From Candidatus Helarchaeota archaeon (GTDB lineage: Archaea > Asgardarchaeota > Lokiarchaeia > Helarchaeales > RDOG01), in the NCBI GenBank assembly GCA_019058315.1, contig JAHPZH010000004.1, positions 540,682 to 604,681 of the forward strand: 64,000 nucleotides of DNA, read 5' to 3'. Position 1 is the stretch's first letter. Every line of letters starts with the position of its first letter. The position numbers were made by a program, and so were the translations under genes. A model generated the notes under the pieces. That model did no database searches. It was not told the origin of the DNA and saw only the letters and a program-made list of their open reading frames with translations. This document shows positions 1 to 9,857 of this stretch, piece after piece.

Positions 1-627
1 CAAATACCGGAGGCGAACGCTAAAACAAATGTAAATTATGCAGATTACAACTACTACAACGTCGATGGAACTGATGTAAATGTAACAATAGATGCATATG
101 TTGGGATCTTAGAGGATGGAGGTGTTAGTATATGGGGCTTATTTGTAAATGTATTAACTAATACGTCTATTTCTATTGCGAGAATCTGTGGAATCTCGAA
201 TGGTTCAAAATATGATAGAGGACTTACTTTTCCAACATCTAATGAACTTAAAGGTGATACTGCTCTGAAGGAAGAATCTGGACCCTTCCCTTTTAAAATA
301 TTTTCTGGTATTATGTTAGAAAACTTGTTACTTGCACCAGCAATCCACGGAATTCCTAATACGTTTTCATTCGATATGAAATTATTTGTAGGAAATGCTA
401 CAAAGAACCAGACTTTCATTGTTTCTTCTGGAGAAGATCCTCTTGTTGCATTTATATTCCAAAATCCTGAAACTATTCCAGAAATCGGATCTTTATTCTT
501 CGGTCTAATGTATGGTTTACCATTCTTACTACCAATAATGGTAATAATTATCAACGTAATACATGGTAAACTGAAAAAAAGAAATGAACTGAGACTAAAA
601 GAAGGAGGCTCGGCAAATGAAGGATAA
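1..627 (+). CDS. 5'-truncated membrane-anchored extracellular protein (ABC exporter operon associated)
   Basis: Frame of ORF 313..627 is open back to base 1 (QIPEANAKTNVNYADYNYY...); C-terminal TM helix (LFFGLMYGLPFLLPIMVIII) followed by a basic tail; stop overlaps the next gene. Confidence 0.75.
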   Translation, partial: QIPEANAKTNVNYADYNYYNVDGTDVNVTIDAYVGILEDGGVSIWGLFVNVLTNTSISIARICGISNGSKYDRGLTFPTSNELKGDTALKEESGPFPFKIFSGIMLENLLLAPAIHGIPNTFSFDMKLFVGNATKNQTFIVSSGEDPLVAFIFQNPETIPEIGSLFFGLMYGLPFLLPIMVIIINVIHGKLKKRNELRLKEGGSANEG

Positions 628-1447
628 ATTAACTAATCCTAAGGTAATCACTTTAATTTTTATTCTCAGTGTGAGTTTAGGCATTTCTGGCGCAATATTT
701 TTTATGCCACAATCGTCAATGATTTATCCATTCACACCTTTTATGAGCTACTACTCTAAAATTAGTTATACTCAAAAAACTGGTGAAGCTGCTGAAGAAG
801 CTTATACTGGAATAACTATAGTTTGGCTTTCTAAAATCTTCAATGCGACAACAGTCGAAGTATCTGAATTAGAGATAGAAACAGAGTTAGGATTTATACC
901 AATTAATTTTTCAGAGCCCGTAACTTATCAAGTTAATCTATTGACTCGTAAGATTCTCAATTCGAGCGAAAGGTTTCTTTATTGGGCTTTACCTTATTGG
1001 AATCTAATTAATATCCCAAATGATGTATTACCACCAATAGATATGGGTGAATACACTAGTTTTGTCACTGGTGAAGAAAATATGATAGTTCTAGAATTAG
1101 TAAGAGACACTAAAGTTGCATGGTATTGGAATTTAGCTGATCTTTCTGTAGCACATTATGATAAATATAGTGGTATTTTATTAGATTATAAAGCCAGAAT
1201 CGGAAATTCTTTAGAAATCTATCAATTGCAATCTATAATCGGTGCTGACCTCGGAATTGATTTTGAATATTATAGCTTGATGATATTATTATTTGCTTTA
1301 ATACCCTCACTCATTGTATATATTTTTACTTTAGGAATTAGACGGAAGAAAAAAGAAGAGAAAAAGACAACACCACATGAAAGAGCAGAACAAATAAAGA
1401 GAAAATCCGTTTTAACAACCGAAAAGAAGATTAAGGAGGCAATTTAA
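617..1447 (+). CDS. Hypothetical membrane protein (N- and C-terminal TM helices)
   Basis: GGAGG SD upstream; hydrophobic N-terminus, C-terminal TM then RRKKK; operonic with ABC genes. Confidence 0.75.
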   Translation: MKDKLTNPKVITLIFILSVSLGISGAIFFMPQSSMIYPFTPFMSYYSKISYTQKTGEAAEEAYTGITIVWLSKIFNATTVEVSELEIETELGFIPINFSEPVTYQVNLLTRKILNSSERFLYWALPYWNLINIPNDVLPPIDMGEYTSFVTGEENMIVLELVRDTKVAWYWNLADLSVAHYDKYSGILLDYKARIGNSLEIYQLQSIIGADLGIDFEYYSLMILLFALIPSLIVYIFTLGIRRKKKEEKKTTPHERAEQIKRKSVLTTEKKIKEAI

Positions 1448-1448
1448 T

Positions 1449-2384
1449 ATGTATGCAATTGAGACAGATAATTTGAAAAAAGTCTTTGGAACTTATACAG
1501 CTCTAAAAGGAATTAGCTTGAAAGTACCAAAAGGTGTGTGTTATGGATTACTTGGATTAAATGGTGCTGGAAAAACAACAACAATTAAATGTATTTTGGG
1601 ACTACTTAGGCCAACTGGTGGAGCAATAACTGTTTTTGGTGAAAAAAGAACAATAAAGACTAATCGATATATTGGATATTTGCCTGAAAGAGTAGAATAC
1701 GATAAACATGTTATCATTAGAGATTTTCTTGCTTATGTTGGATTATTAAATTTGCTTCCAAAAAAGGAAATAAGGAAACAAACTGAAGAATTATTAGAAT
1801 TTGTAGGTTTGGGTGGATGGGGTGATTCTCCAATAGGTACTCTAAGTGCAGGAATGAAGCAACGATTAGGTTTCGCTCAATCATTAATGGGAAATCCAAA
1901 GTTGATAATTCTGGACGAACCTACAAGTAATTTAGACCCCGTAGGAAGAGATGAGATGCTTCATAAAATTAAAACAGTCGTTGAACAAGGAATTACAGTT
2001 TTTGTATCCAGTCATATATTGTCCGAAATAGAGAGAGTTAGTGATCATATTGGTATTATTGCAGATGGTCATGTTTTAGTTCAAGGAGCACTTAATGATA
2101 TTAGAAGAGAAACAGAGCGGACACAAGCACCAAAAGTTGAAATAGTTGTTAATAATCCTTCTAAATTGATTTCAGTTCTTGAAGATATAAATTATATTAC
2201 AAATATAATGAGATCTGATCTCAATATTTTAGTAGAAACACAAGATATCGATCAATTAGGAAAAGATATTCCTAAAATCTTAGTGGAAAACGATCTTCAA
2301 CTGATAAAATATTCACCACCTGTTAGTGGTCTACAAGAAATATTCTTAAAAATAATGGAGGAAACTGCATATGCAACAAGATAA
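1449..2384 (+). CDS. ABC transporter ATP-binding protein (ABC-2/exporter type)
   Basis: Walker A GLNGAGKTT, signature LSAGMKQR, Walker B IILDEPT, H-loop SSH. Confidence 0.95.
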   Translation: MYAIETDNLKKVFGTYTALKGISLKVPKGVCYGLLGLNGAGKTTTIKCILGLLRPTGGAITVFGEKRTIKTNRYIGYLPERVEYDKHVIIRDFLAYVGLLNLLPKKEIRKQTEELLEFVGLGGWGDSPIGTLSAGMKQRLGFAQSLMGNPKLIILDEPTSNLDPVGRDEMLHKIKTVVEQGITVFVSSHILSEIERVSDHIGIIADGHVLVQGALNDIRRETERTQAPKVEIVVNNPSKLISVLEDINYITNIMRSDLNILVETQDIDQLGKDIPKILVENDLQLIKYSPPVSGLQEIFLKIMEETAYATR

Positions 2385-3444
2385 AACTAAATTGAAAATG
2401 TCTACATCTGAAGTTCAATTAAATACAGTTAATAAAGATAATAATGAAAGAATATCTAGGCTCAAACAAAGCTACACACTGTTTATTCAAGAAATAAAGA
2501 ACGCCATTACTTCTAAAATGTATATAGTTTTCGCGTTAATACTATTATTACCAATGGTTATAACATTAATTTCCTTTGCCCTTTCACAATATCCGAGGTA
2601 CTTAAATGAAGTAAATATCCAATATTTTCTGAATGGTCCTTATTATCTCTTACGTTTTAGTACTGACGGTGCGATAAATACTTTTAGAGGATTATTTTCA
2701 AGTGCAATGGGTATATCTATAGGATTTAGTTTTGATGACTTTGGATTTGCTACAATATTCTACTTAAATATTCCTATGATAGCAGTTGTTACAGTGATAG
2801 TTTGTGGAATGATTGCAGGAGATAGAGAAAAGGGGACTTTGGCAATATATGCCTCCAAACCCATATATAGAACTCAGCTTGTACTTATTAGGTATCTGGC
2901 TTTCGCGTTAATAAGTTTTCTACTTACTGCATTAGTATATTTCTGCATGTATTTTGTATATGCATTTTCAATCTTTGGTGCAATAGATTTAATTATTCCT
3001 GGAATTGTAGAGACTATTGATATACCAATAAATTTAACAATAGTAACATGGTTTTTTATTTTAGCTACAGGATCCATTTCGATATTAATTTCTTCTCTAC
3101 TAAATCGCGCAGTTTTAGCTGGAGTCGTTTCATTAATTATCTTAATGGTTCTTTCAATACTTACAAATATCTTAATATTTGTCGTTGGTGCTGTAGCGGA
3201 GCCCTTGAAATATATAAACCTTCCTAGCATAACACGAGGTTTACTGTACGAATACTTATTGGGATATATCTTTTGGGACACAATTTTCAATATGGTAATA
3301 GATTTCGGATATCAATCAGTTTTTCTTAGTATGCTGGTGGGACAGATAATCGATGCGAGACTCGGATTAACTGTATTAATAATTCTCATGATATTGCCAT
3401 TGATTGCAGCTTGTCTAATAACAGAAAGGCGAGAAATTCATTAA
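2371..3444 (+). CDS. ABC-2 type transporter permease
   Basis: About 6 TM helices; IAGDREKGTL...SKPIYR motif; follows the ATPase. Confidence 0.9.
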   Translation: MQQDKTKLKMSTSEVQLNTVNKDNNERISRLKQSYTLFIQEIKNAITSKMYIVFALILLLPMVITLISFALSQYPRYLNEVNIQYFLNGPYYLLRFSTDGAINTFRGLFSSAMGISIGFSFDDFGFATIFYLNIPMIAVVTVIVCGMIAGDREKGTLAIYASKPIYRTQLVLIRYLAFALISFLLTALVYFCMYFVYAFSIFGAIDLIIPGIVETIDIPINLTIVTWFFILATGSISILISSLLNRAVLAGVVSLIILMVLSILTNILIFVVGAVAEPLKYINLPSITRGLLYEYLLGYIFWDTIFNMVIDFGYQSVFLSMLVGQIIDARLGLTVLIILMILPLIAACLITERREIH

Positions 3445-3472
3445 TTTCTTTTTTTAAATTCTTTTTTTTAAT
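3445..3472 (+). terminator. Oligo-T archaeal terminator candidate
   Basis: Two T-runs (tttcttttttt, ttctttttttt) directly after the permease stop. Confidence 0.45.
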
Positions 3473-3576
3473 TTAGAAGAAATCGAATTTTTATTCTAGA
3501 ACTAATAAATAGAATATAATTATTAGAAGATTAGACTCTAAATTTTTTAATTTATTTTATTCAATGGTTTAAAACG

Positions 3577-4968
3577 ATGGAAATAGGAAAAAAACTAGAA
3601 GAAATCTGCGGAAAAAATAATGTTTCCGATAGTAAATTAGATTTAATTGTATATAACAGTGATCTTGCTAGTTTGCCTCCTGTTATTTCAAAATTATATG
3701 ATATAAAACCAGCTAAATATGTTGTCAGACCATCTTCCACTTCACAAATTTCAGAAATTTTAAAATTAGCTAATGAAAAAAAAATACCCATTACACCTCG
3801 TGCTGGAGCTACGGCTGGTTTAGGTGGAGCACTAGCTGTTTCTGGAGGTATAATCCTAGATCTTACATCTTTAGATAAAATTATTGAATTTAATTCCAAA
3901 ACAAATTATGTTACAGTCGAATCTGGCGTATCTTGGAAAAAATTGATTAAATACCTTACAAAATTCAATCGAAAAATTGGTATTCACCCTTCCAGCTCTC
4001 CATCGGCTACTGTTGGCGGATTTATTTCTTCTGGTGGTTATGCAGGTATAGGTGCTCCCAAATTTGGACCAATATCTGAACAAATTGTTAATTTTGAGGT
4101 TGTATTACCTACAGGTGAAATCTTGATTGTAAAACCTCCATTTTCATCTACATTTATTGGGGCTGAGGGAACCCTTGGTATAGTAACAAAGATTTGTTTG
4201 AAGACCTATCCTATTAAAGGGATAACTGCTTTAACATTTGGATTCAAAAATATGCGTTCTGCAGTTCAAGGAGTATTGGAACTATTAAAAAAGGGAATCC
4301 AACCGTATCATTTAATGTTAGTCGATAAAAATTTCCTAAATCTAAGCCGAAAACTGGGTATCGACATTCCTAAACATGACCTAATGGTTTTTATTGCTTT
4401 AGAAGGTTCGTTAGAAAATTTAGGATTACAAAAAGAAAAAATTTTGAAAATTCTGACTAATGGAGAACTATTTAATGGAGGAGTTGCTTCTGAAGAATGG
4501 GATAGGAGGTATAATGCCGAATTATTTATAAAAAGAGCTGGTCCATCAATGATTTTATTAGAAATTGGACTTTCATTAGCTGATATCACCGAATTTGTAT
4601 CTCAATATTACGAATTATGTGAAGAGAAAGATATTGAAGTTGGACTTATTGGAATCTTAGGTCATGGAAATACAATGTTATGTATGCCCTTTTTATTAAC
4701 AGATGAAAGAAAAGGAATGGACTATTTAAAGTTATTAAGCTTAAGTCGTGAAATAATAAGTATTGGAGTGGGAGTTGGAGGGACCGTTTATGGAGTAGGT
4801 CTTCATAATACTCCTTATTTGAATTATATCTATTCTACTGAAACTCTTAATCTCTTTACAGAATTGAAAAAATTCCTCGATCCTGATAATATTTTAAATC
4901 CAGGAAAAATAATCGAAAGAAAAGTCCCAGATCAATTATCACCAAAACCTCCAAAGCAAAAACGGTGA
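3577..4968 (+). CDS. FAD-binding oxidoreductase, GlcD/VAO (FAD_binding_4) family
   Basis: PRAGATAGLGGA, PSSSPSATVGG, GAEGTLGIVT, DPDNILNPGK; lacks the canonical EHG motif. Confidence 0.9.
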   Translation: MEIGKKLEEICGKNNVSDSKLDLIVYNSDLASLPPVISKLYDIKPAKYVVRPSSTSQISEILKLANEKKIPITPRAGATAGLGGALAVSGGIILDLTSLDKIIEFNSKTNYVTVESGVSWKKLIKYLTKFNRKIGIHPSSSPSATVGGFISSGGYAGIGAPKFGPISEQIVNFEVVLPTGEILIVKPPFSSTFIGAEGTLGIVTKICLKTYPIKGITALTFGFKNMRSAVQGVLELLKKGIQPYHLMLVDKNFLNLSRKLGIDIPKHDLMVFIALEGSLENLGLQKEKILKILTNGELFNGGVASEEWDRRYNAELFIKRAGPSMILLEIGLSLADITEFVSQYYELCEEKDIEVGLIGILGHGNTMLCMPFLLTDERKGMDYLKLLSLSREIISIGVGVGGTVYGVGLHNTPYLNYIYSTETLNLFTELKKFLDPDNILNPGKIIERKVPDQLSPKPPKQKR

Positions 4969-6179
4969 AATTTTTGACGAAAGAAGATTTAATATCTGAT
5001 TTAAAAAATTTACTTGGAGAAGATAATGTATTTTCAGAAATTAAACAATTAGCCCAGTTCGGTCCTGAGTTTTTTTATCCGATACATACTCCTCTTGCCT
5101 TAGTAAAACCTTCGGACATTCGTCAACTCAAACGATTGTTAATGTTAATGAAAAAACATAAAATTTGTGGAATTACACCAAGGGGTTTCGGAAACACCTT
5201 TGGAGCCTATTCTAATGGAGTTATTATCGATTTATCTAATTTCAATGAAATTCTTGATATAGATGAGTCGAGGTATACTACAACAGTTCAATCTGGTTTA
5301 GCTTTTAATAGATTTTCAGAAGAATTGAAGGAAAAAAATTTAAAATTTCCTCTAGCTCCCGTTGGAAATGGAACAATCGGAGGTTTTATTGCATATAATG
5401 GATTTAGAATTGGATCATATAAATATGGGTCCATTAGAAACTTTTTAAGAGGTGTTACACTATTTACATCAAAAAAATTAGTAAAATTAGGGACTAAAAA
5501 TACTCCCCCATTTACTTCGGGATATAATTTTACTGATATATTAACAGGATCTATGGGATATTTTGGTATAATTATTGATTCGACCTTGGGCTTAATTCCA
5601 ACTCCCGAATTACATTATGATCTCCGTTTGGTTTATGACACTATAGATGATCCTAATATAGAAAAAAACATGAAAATTCTCAATTTTTTAAAGAGTCTTA
5701 ATTCGCTTTCAAATTTAACGATTATAACACGTTCTAGAAAAAGTCCTGGAGAGCCTAAAAAAATCCTCATCCAATATTTAATTAGTTTGGAAGGACCGAC
5801 AGAAATAGTTCAAAGAGACAATGAGAAATTATATTCCTTAAAAGATATTAGCATAGAAGGCGTTGATAGTTTATATATTTCAGACCAATTGAATTATATA
5901 TCAAATAATTTTATCTACACTAAACCAATTTTGAATCATTATAATTATTTTAAGGAAAACTGGTATGCTGTTAAGGATTTTAGTATTTTTGTGCATTTCC
6001 TATCCCCTAACGATTACATATTTACTATATTTGGTCCATCTGGTGATAAAGAATCTGAAGAAAGAGTATTTGAATGTTCGAAGGAGGATTATTTTTCAAA
6101 GGAAAATTTACTTTTAATCAAAAAAATGAAGTTATTGCTTGATCCTCATAATCTTTTTCAACCAGGGATGTTAGATTAG
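4965..6179 (+). CDS. FAD-binding oxidoreductase, GlcE-like subunit
   Basis: GTIGG, GYNFTDILTGSMGYFGII, DPHNLFQPG; GTGA overlap with the upstream gene. Confidence 0.8.
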   Translation: MKFLTKEDLISDLKNLLGEDNVFSEIKQLAQFGPEFFYPIHTPLALVKPSDIRQLKRLLMLMKKHKICGITPRGFGNTFGAYSNGVIIDLSNFNEILDIDESRYTTTVQSGLAFNRFSEELKEKNLKFPLAPVGNGTIGGFIAYNGFRIGSYKYGSIRNFLRGVTLFTSKKLVKLGTKNTPPFTSGYNFTDILTGSMGYFGIIIDSTLGLIPTPELHYDLRLVYDTIDDPNIEKNMKILNFLKSLNSLSNLTIITRSRKSPGEPKKILIQYLISLEGPTEIVQRDNEKLYSLKDISIEGVDSLYISDQLNYISNNFIYTKPILNHYNYFKENWYAVKDFSIFVHFLSPNDYIFTIFGPSGDKESEERVFECSKEDYFSKENLLLIKKMKLLLDPHNLFQPGMLD

Positions 6180-7291
6180 TGGAAATTGAAACAATAATTA
6201 ACCAAAAATCAAAAATTATTAATGCAAAGCTTAAGGAACTTATTAATACATGGATGGGCAACAAATTTTATGATAGTGCTAAGTATATTATAGAGGCTGG
6301 AGGAAAGAGGTACCGCCCAATTCTGACTTTACTGACCTGTGAGGCCGTTGGTGGTAATCAATTAGAAGCAATCAATCCAGCTTTGGCTATTGAACTGATC
6401 CATACTGGAAGTTTGTTATGGGATGATATAATAGACCAAGATGAATTAAGACGTGGAAAGGTGGCAGTTCATAAAAAGTGGGACGTTAATACTGCAATAC
6501 TAGCAGGTGCCTATTTTACATCTAAAGCTCTGGAACTATGTACAGACCACCCTCAAATATTAGAACTTATGTTAAAAACAGTTAGTAAATTAGTTGAAGG
6601 TGAAATTATTGACATCAGCACATCTATCTATAATATTGAAAATGAAACAAGAGGTCAACCAATTTTTGAATCCCGAGTGGAAGCTGATATTTTCGACACT
6701 TTAAAAGATAGAATAAAAAATAACGTTTTTGATGGTCTAAAATGGGAAAAAAGCTCTGATTATATGACGATTGCAAAAATATCCGAATTTACTGAAGAAG
6801 CAAATTATTTTGAAATGATTGCAAATAAATCTGCGTCATTAATTAAATTAGCTGCAAAGGTTGGGGCAATTATTGGTGGAGGTTCTAGAGAAGAAATAAA
6901 CATATTAGGGGAATATGGTTTATATCTTGGGCTTGCATTTCAAATAAAAGATGATCTATTAGGATTGATATCAAAGCCAGAAATTCTTGGAAAACCAATC
7001 GGTAAGGATTTACAAAATGGGAAACTTACATTATATTTAACTCATGCTTTAAGAAATTTAGAAGAAGAAGAAACTGAAGAATTTTTAAAATTACATAAGG
7101 ATGCACAAATTTCCAAAAATTTGACCAAAATTATTGAGATCTTAAAAAAATTAGGTTCTATTACTTATGCCCAACAAAAAGCTAAACTATTAATTGAAAA
7201 AATCTATGATATTTTAGATGATTTGGAGAATCTGGAATATAAAGAAATTTTGAAATCATTTGCAAATTTTACAATTGAAAGGATTAAATGA
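6179..7291 (+). CDS. trans-Polyprenyl diphosphate synthase (atypical, with internal insertion)
   Basis: GGKRYRP, first Asp-rich motif DDIIDQDELRRG, KSA, second motif FQIKDD, GK...DLQNGKLT. Confidence 0.92.
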   Translation: MEIETIINQKSKIINAKLKELINTWMGNKFYDSAKYIIEAGGKRYRPILTLLTCEAVGGNQLEAINPALAIELIHTGSLLWDDIIDQDELRRGKVAVHKKWDVNTAILAGAYFTSKALELCTDHPQILELMLKTVSKLVEGEIIDISTSIYNIENETRGQPIFESRVEADIFDTLKDRIKNNVFDGLKWEKSSDYMTIAKISEFTEEANYFEMIANKSASLIKLAAKVGAIIGGGSREEINILGEYGLYLGLAFQIKDDLLGLISKPEILGKPIGKDLQNGKLTLYLTHALRNLEEEETEEFLKLHKDAQISKNLTKIIEILKKLGSITYAQQKAKLLIEKIYDILDDLENLEYKEILKSFANFTIERIK

Positions 7292-8451
7292 GAAATAAAA
7301 TGACATTAGGAATTAAAAATTATAAAGATCAGTTATATATTTGTGCGAAATGTGGATATTGCCGGGTTGATTGTCCAATCCGTAAAATTAAAGGATTCGA
7401 AACATCATCCCCACGTGCAATTTTTTTGCTAGTTAAACATTATCTTGATAAGAAAGAAGGTCTACCCTCTGAATTGGTTGAGATTATTTATCAATGTACA
7501 ACATGTGGATTATGTAGAGAAGTATGTCCAACGGAGCTAGATATTCCAGAAATCATTAGATCTTTACGTATGGATATTGTTAAGGAACAAGGAAAACCAA
7601 TTAAAGGATTTATAAAAGCCACAGACAATGTTCTATCCAAAGGAAATCCTCTAGGAAGGGATCGAGATGAACGATGTGATTGGGTTCCTGATGATATTAT
7701 AATAGATAAAAATTCACCGAATTTGTTTTATGTAGGTTGCATGTATTCGTACTGGGAAATGCATTCAGCTGAACTAACTGTTCGTATTCTAAATAAGATT
7801 AATTACAGCTTCAAAATTATGGAAGAAGAACCATGTTGTGGAATGCTTGAGTGTTGGGATGGGGAGATTGAGGTAGCTGAAGAAATAGCGAGAAAAAACT
7901 TTGAAAAATTTAAAGCTGCAGGTATTTCTACTATTATTACATCTTGTCCTGGGTGTTATAGTACTCTAAAAGAAGCATATCCTAAACTTATAGGAAAAGA
8001 ATTTAAAATTATAGTTCTACATATATCCGAATTATTAGCCCAGCTAATTGAAGAAAAAAAAATTAATTTTGAACGTGAAAATAATATTACACTCACATAT
8101 CATGATCCTTGCCATTTAGGACGATATCATGGAATTTATGAAGCTCCAAGAAAAATTATAAATGCCCTTCCTGGAGTTAAATTCATTGAAATGGAAAATA
8201 TTAAGGAAGAATCGAACTGCTGTGGGGGCCCACTTCGGACTGCATTTCTTGATTATGCACAAGAGATAGGGAAAAATCGGGCTCTTGAAATTGTAAATTC
8301 CGGAGCAAAATATGTTACAACAATATGTCCACAATGTTCAATAAGTTTAAGACAAGCCGCAGCATTGAATGAACTAGATTTCAAAGTTATCGATTTAATA
8401 GTTTTGGTAGCTTATGCTTTAAATTTAGAAGAAGCAGAAGATTATCTTTAA
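7288..8451 (+). CDS. (Fe-S)-binding protein, GlcF/HdrD-like (2x[4Fe-4S] + 2 CCG domains)
   Basis: CAKCGYCRVDCP, CTTCGLCREVCP, CCG..SCPGC, YHDPCHLGR, CCGG..CPQC. Confidence 0.92.
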   Translation: MRNKMTLGIKNYKDQLYICAKCGYCRVDCPIRKIKGFETSSPRAIFLLVKHYLDKKEGLPSELVEIIYQCTTCGLCREVCPTELDIPEIIRSLRMDIVKEQGKPIKGFIKATDNVLSKGNPLGRDRDERCDWVPDDIIIDKNSPNLFYVGCMYSYWEMHSAELTVRILNKINYSFKIMEEEPCCGMLECWDGEIEVAEEIARKNFEKFKAAGISTIITSCPGCYSTLKEAYPKLIGKEFKIIVLHISELLAQLIEEKKINFERENNITLTYHDPCHLGRYHGIYEAPRKIINALPGVKFIEMENIKEESNCCGGPLRTAFLDYAQEIGKNRALEIVNSGAKYVTTICPQCSISLRQAAALNELDFKVIDLIVLVAYALNLEEAEDYL

Positions 8452-8546
8452 ATTGAAAAATCATCATTCAAATATATAATTTAAATAATCGATAACTCTT
8501 TAAATAATAAGTACCTCTTATTTAATCAACAAGGGATGAAATAAAT

Positions 8547-8789
8547 ATGTCAAAAAAAAGAAAATCAATATTTGCCATTTTTGATGAAATATCAGCAAAT
8601 TTTGTAGATGGAGTCCGAGAGGGGCTAGAGAATTTTAATAATCTTATTGGCAGTGTAGTTGAATATATGGAATTAGCTGGAAATATCGATACTGTTGACA
8701 TGATAGAAAAAAATTTAAAGAAAATTGAGATTGAAAGCGAAGATTCTGAAGAGGACGAGGAAGAAAACATAATTAATTCGAAAATATAA
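8547..8789 (+). CDS. Small acidic hypothetical protein
   Basis: ATG start, acidic tail, plausible codon usage. Confidence 0.6.
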   Translation: MSKKRKSIFAIFDEISANFVDGVREGLENFNNLIGSVVEYMELAGNIDTVDMIEKNLKKIEIESEDSEEDEEENIINSKI

Positions 8790-8852
8790 AATTTCTGCTT
8801 AAAAAATATTTTATTAGCTAAATCAACTAGAAATTAAAAATTTGATAAATAA

Positions 8853-9236
8853 TTATATGCTACTGAACACTTTATTGATATTTTTACTAAAATGGAAAAA
8901 ACGATTTATATTTCCATCCCAAGTATGAAGTATATCTTGATATTTTTCGAAGAATTCAGATTCCACCAATTTCAAACGTCTAATAATCTCTTCATCAATA
9001 CTCATTATTTTTGCTTGAGCAATAAAAAGAAATCCTTCGGGAGATTGATAGAACACAAATTTCGAATTTCCAAGGTTTATTGAATTAATAGCTTCATTTC
9101 GTATTTCCTTTAAAAACTTATAAATCCCTGAAAAAAATCCCCCAATTAAAGCTCCATCCTCACTTTTTTTCTGAGAATAATTAAATAAGGTGATTCCATC
9201 GGGATCTATAATCCAAATTTCATCAATATATCTCAT
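8853..9236 (-). CDS. Stand-alone longin-like domain protein (Asgard type)
   Basis: IWIIDPDGITLF...LIGGFFSGIYKFLKEI...FFEKY...WDGNINRF pattern typical of Asgard longin/roadblock-like proteins. Confidence 0.8.
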   Translation of the reverse strand: MRYIDEIWIIDPDGITLFNYSQKKSEDGALIGGFFSGIYKFLKEIRNEAINSINLGNSKFVFYQSPEGFLFIAQAKIMSIDEEIIRRLKLVESEFFEKYQDILHTWDGNINRFFHFSKNINKVFSSI

Positions 9237-9414
9237 TTTTTTTTCTCATTAAAATTTTCTTACTTTAAATGAGAGTGAAGATCTTTGTTTATATACTCTA
9301 ATTTGCCGGATCAAAATGACTTTTAAATTGAATAATTTATACTTGCTTTAAATTGAAGAAATTATTATAATTGTTTGATTAGATTAAATAATAAGCAGTA
9401 AAAAGTAGATTTGC

Positions 9415-9765
9415 TTAATTTTTTATAAATTCTACACAATCAACTGGGTAAAAAACACATGGACATTCTAATTCTTCTAATTTTATTGATTGACAAATTG
9501 GGCATTTTTCAACTTTTAAAGAGCAAAATTCTTCCCCACAATCTAAACATTTAACTCTGATTTTAATTTTTTTGAATTCATACATTTTTTTTCCGCAAAT
9601 TGGACAAATATTACTATCAACGATAATATCTCTCTCACAGTATTTGCAGTATCTCCTAACTTTTTTCAACTCGGTTTTGCAAATAGGACATTTATTTAAA
9701 TCAGTTAATATCTCCTTTTTGCATACTTCACAATATTTTCTCTTTTGAACCAATTTTCTTCGCAC
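9415..9765 (-). CDS. Triple zinc-ribbon protein
   Basis: Three CxxC...CPIC pairs plus a C-terminal CPC..C. Confidence 0.75.
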   Translation of the reverse strand: MRRKLVQKRKYCEVCKKEILTDLNKCPICKTELKKVRRYCKYCERDIIVDSNICPICGKKMYEFKKIKIRVKCLDCGEEFCSLKVEKCPICQSIKLEELECPCVFYPVDCVEFIKN

Positions 9766-9857
9766 TTATAATTATTAAAATTTCTAATTTAAAAAAGTAA
9801 TATTATTATTTGATGGTAAATTGAGATTATTATAAAATATTCTTTGAGCTGAAAAAA

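Noticed and set aside
54-554. 166-aa minus-strand ORF and the many other short antisense/overlapping ORFs in the track (e.g. 2874..3290, 3561..3899, 22539..22940, 47189..47500, 59478..59819)
   Set aside because: Shadows of well-supported genes on the opposite strand or another frame; no motifs
7288-8451. Selenocysteine read-through in redox genes
   Set aside because: Cys motifs are complete and no in-frame TGA at catalytic positions was noticed in the genes inspected; not exhaustively tested
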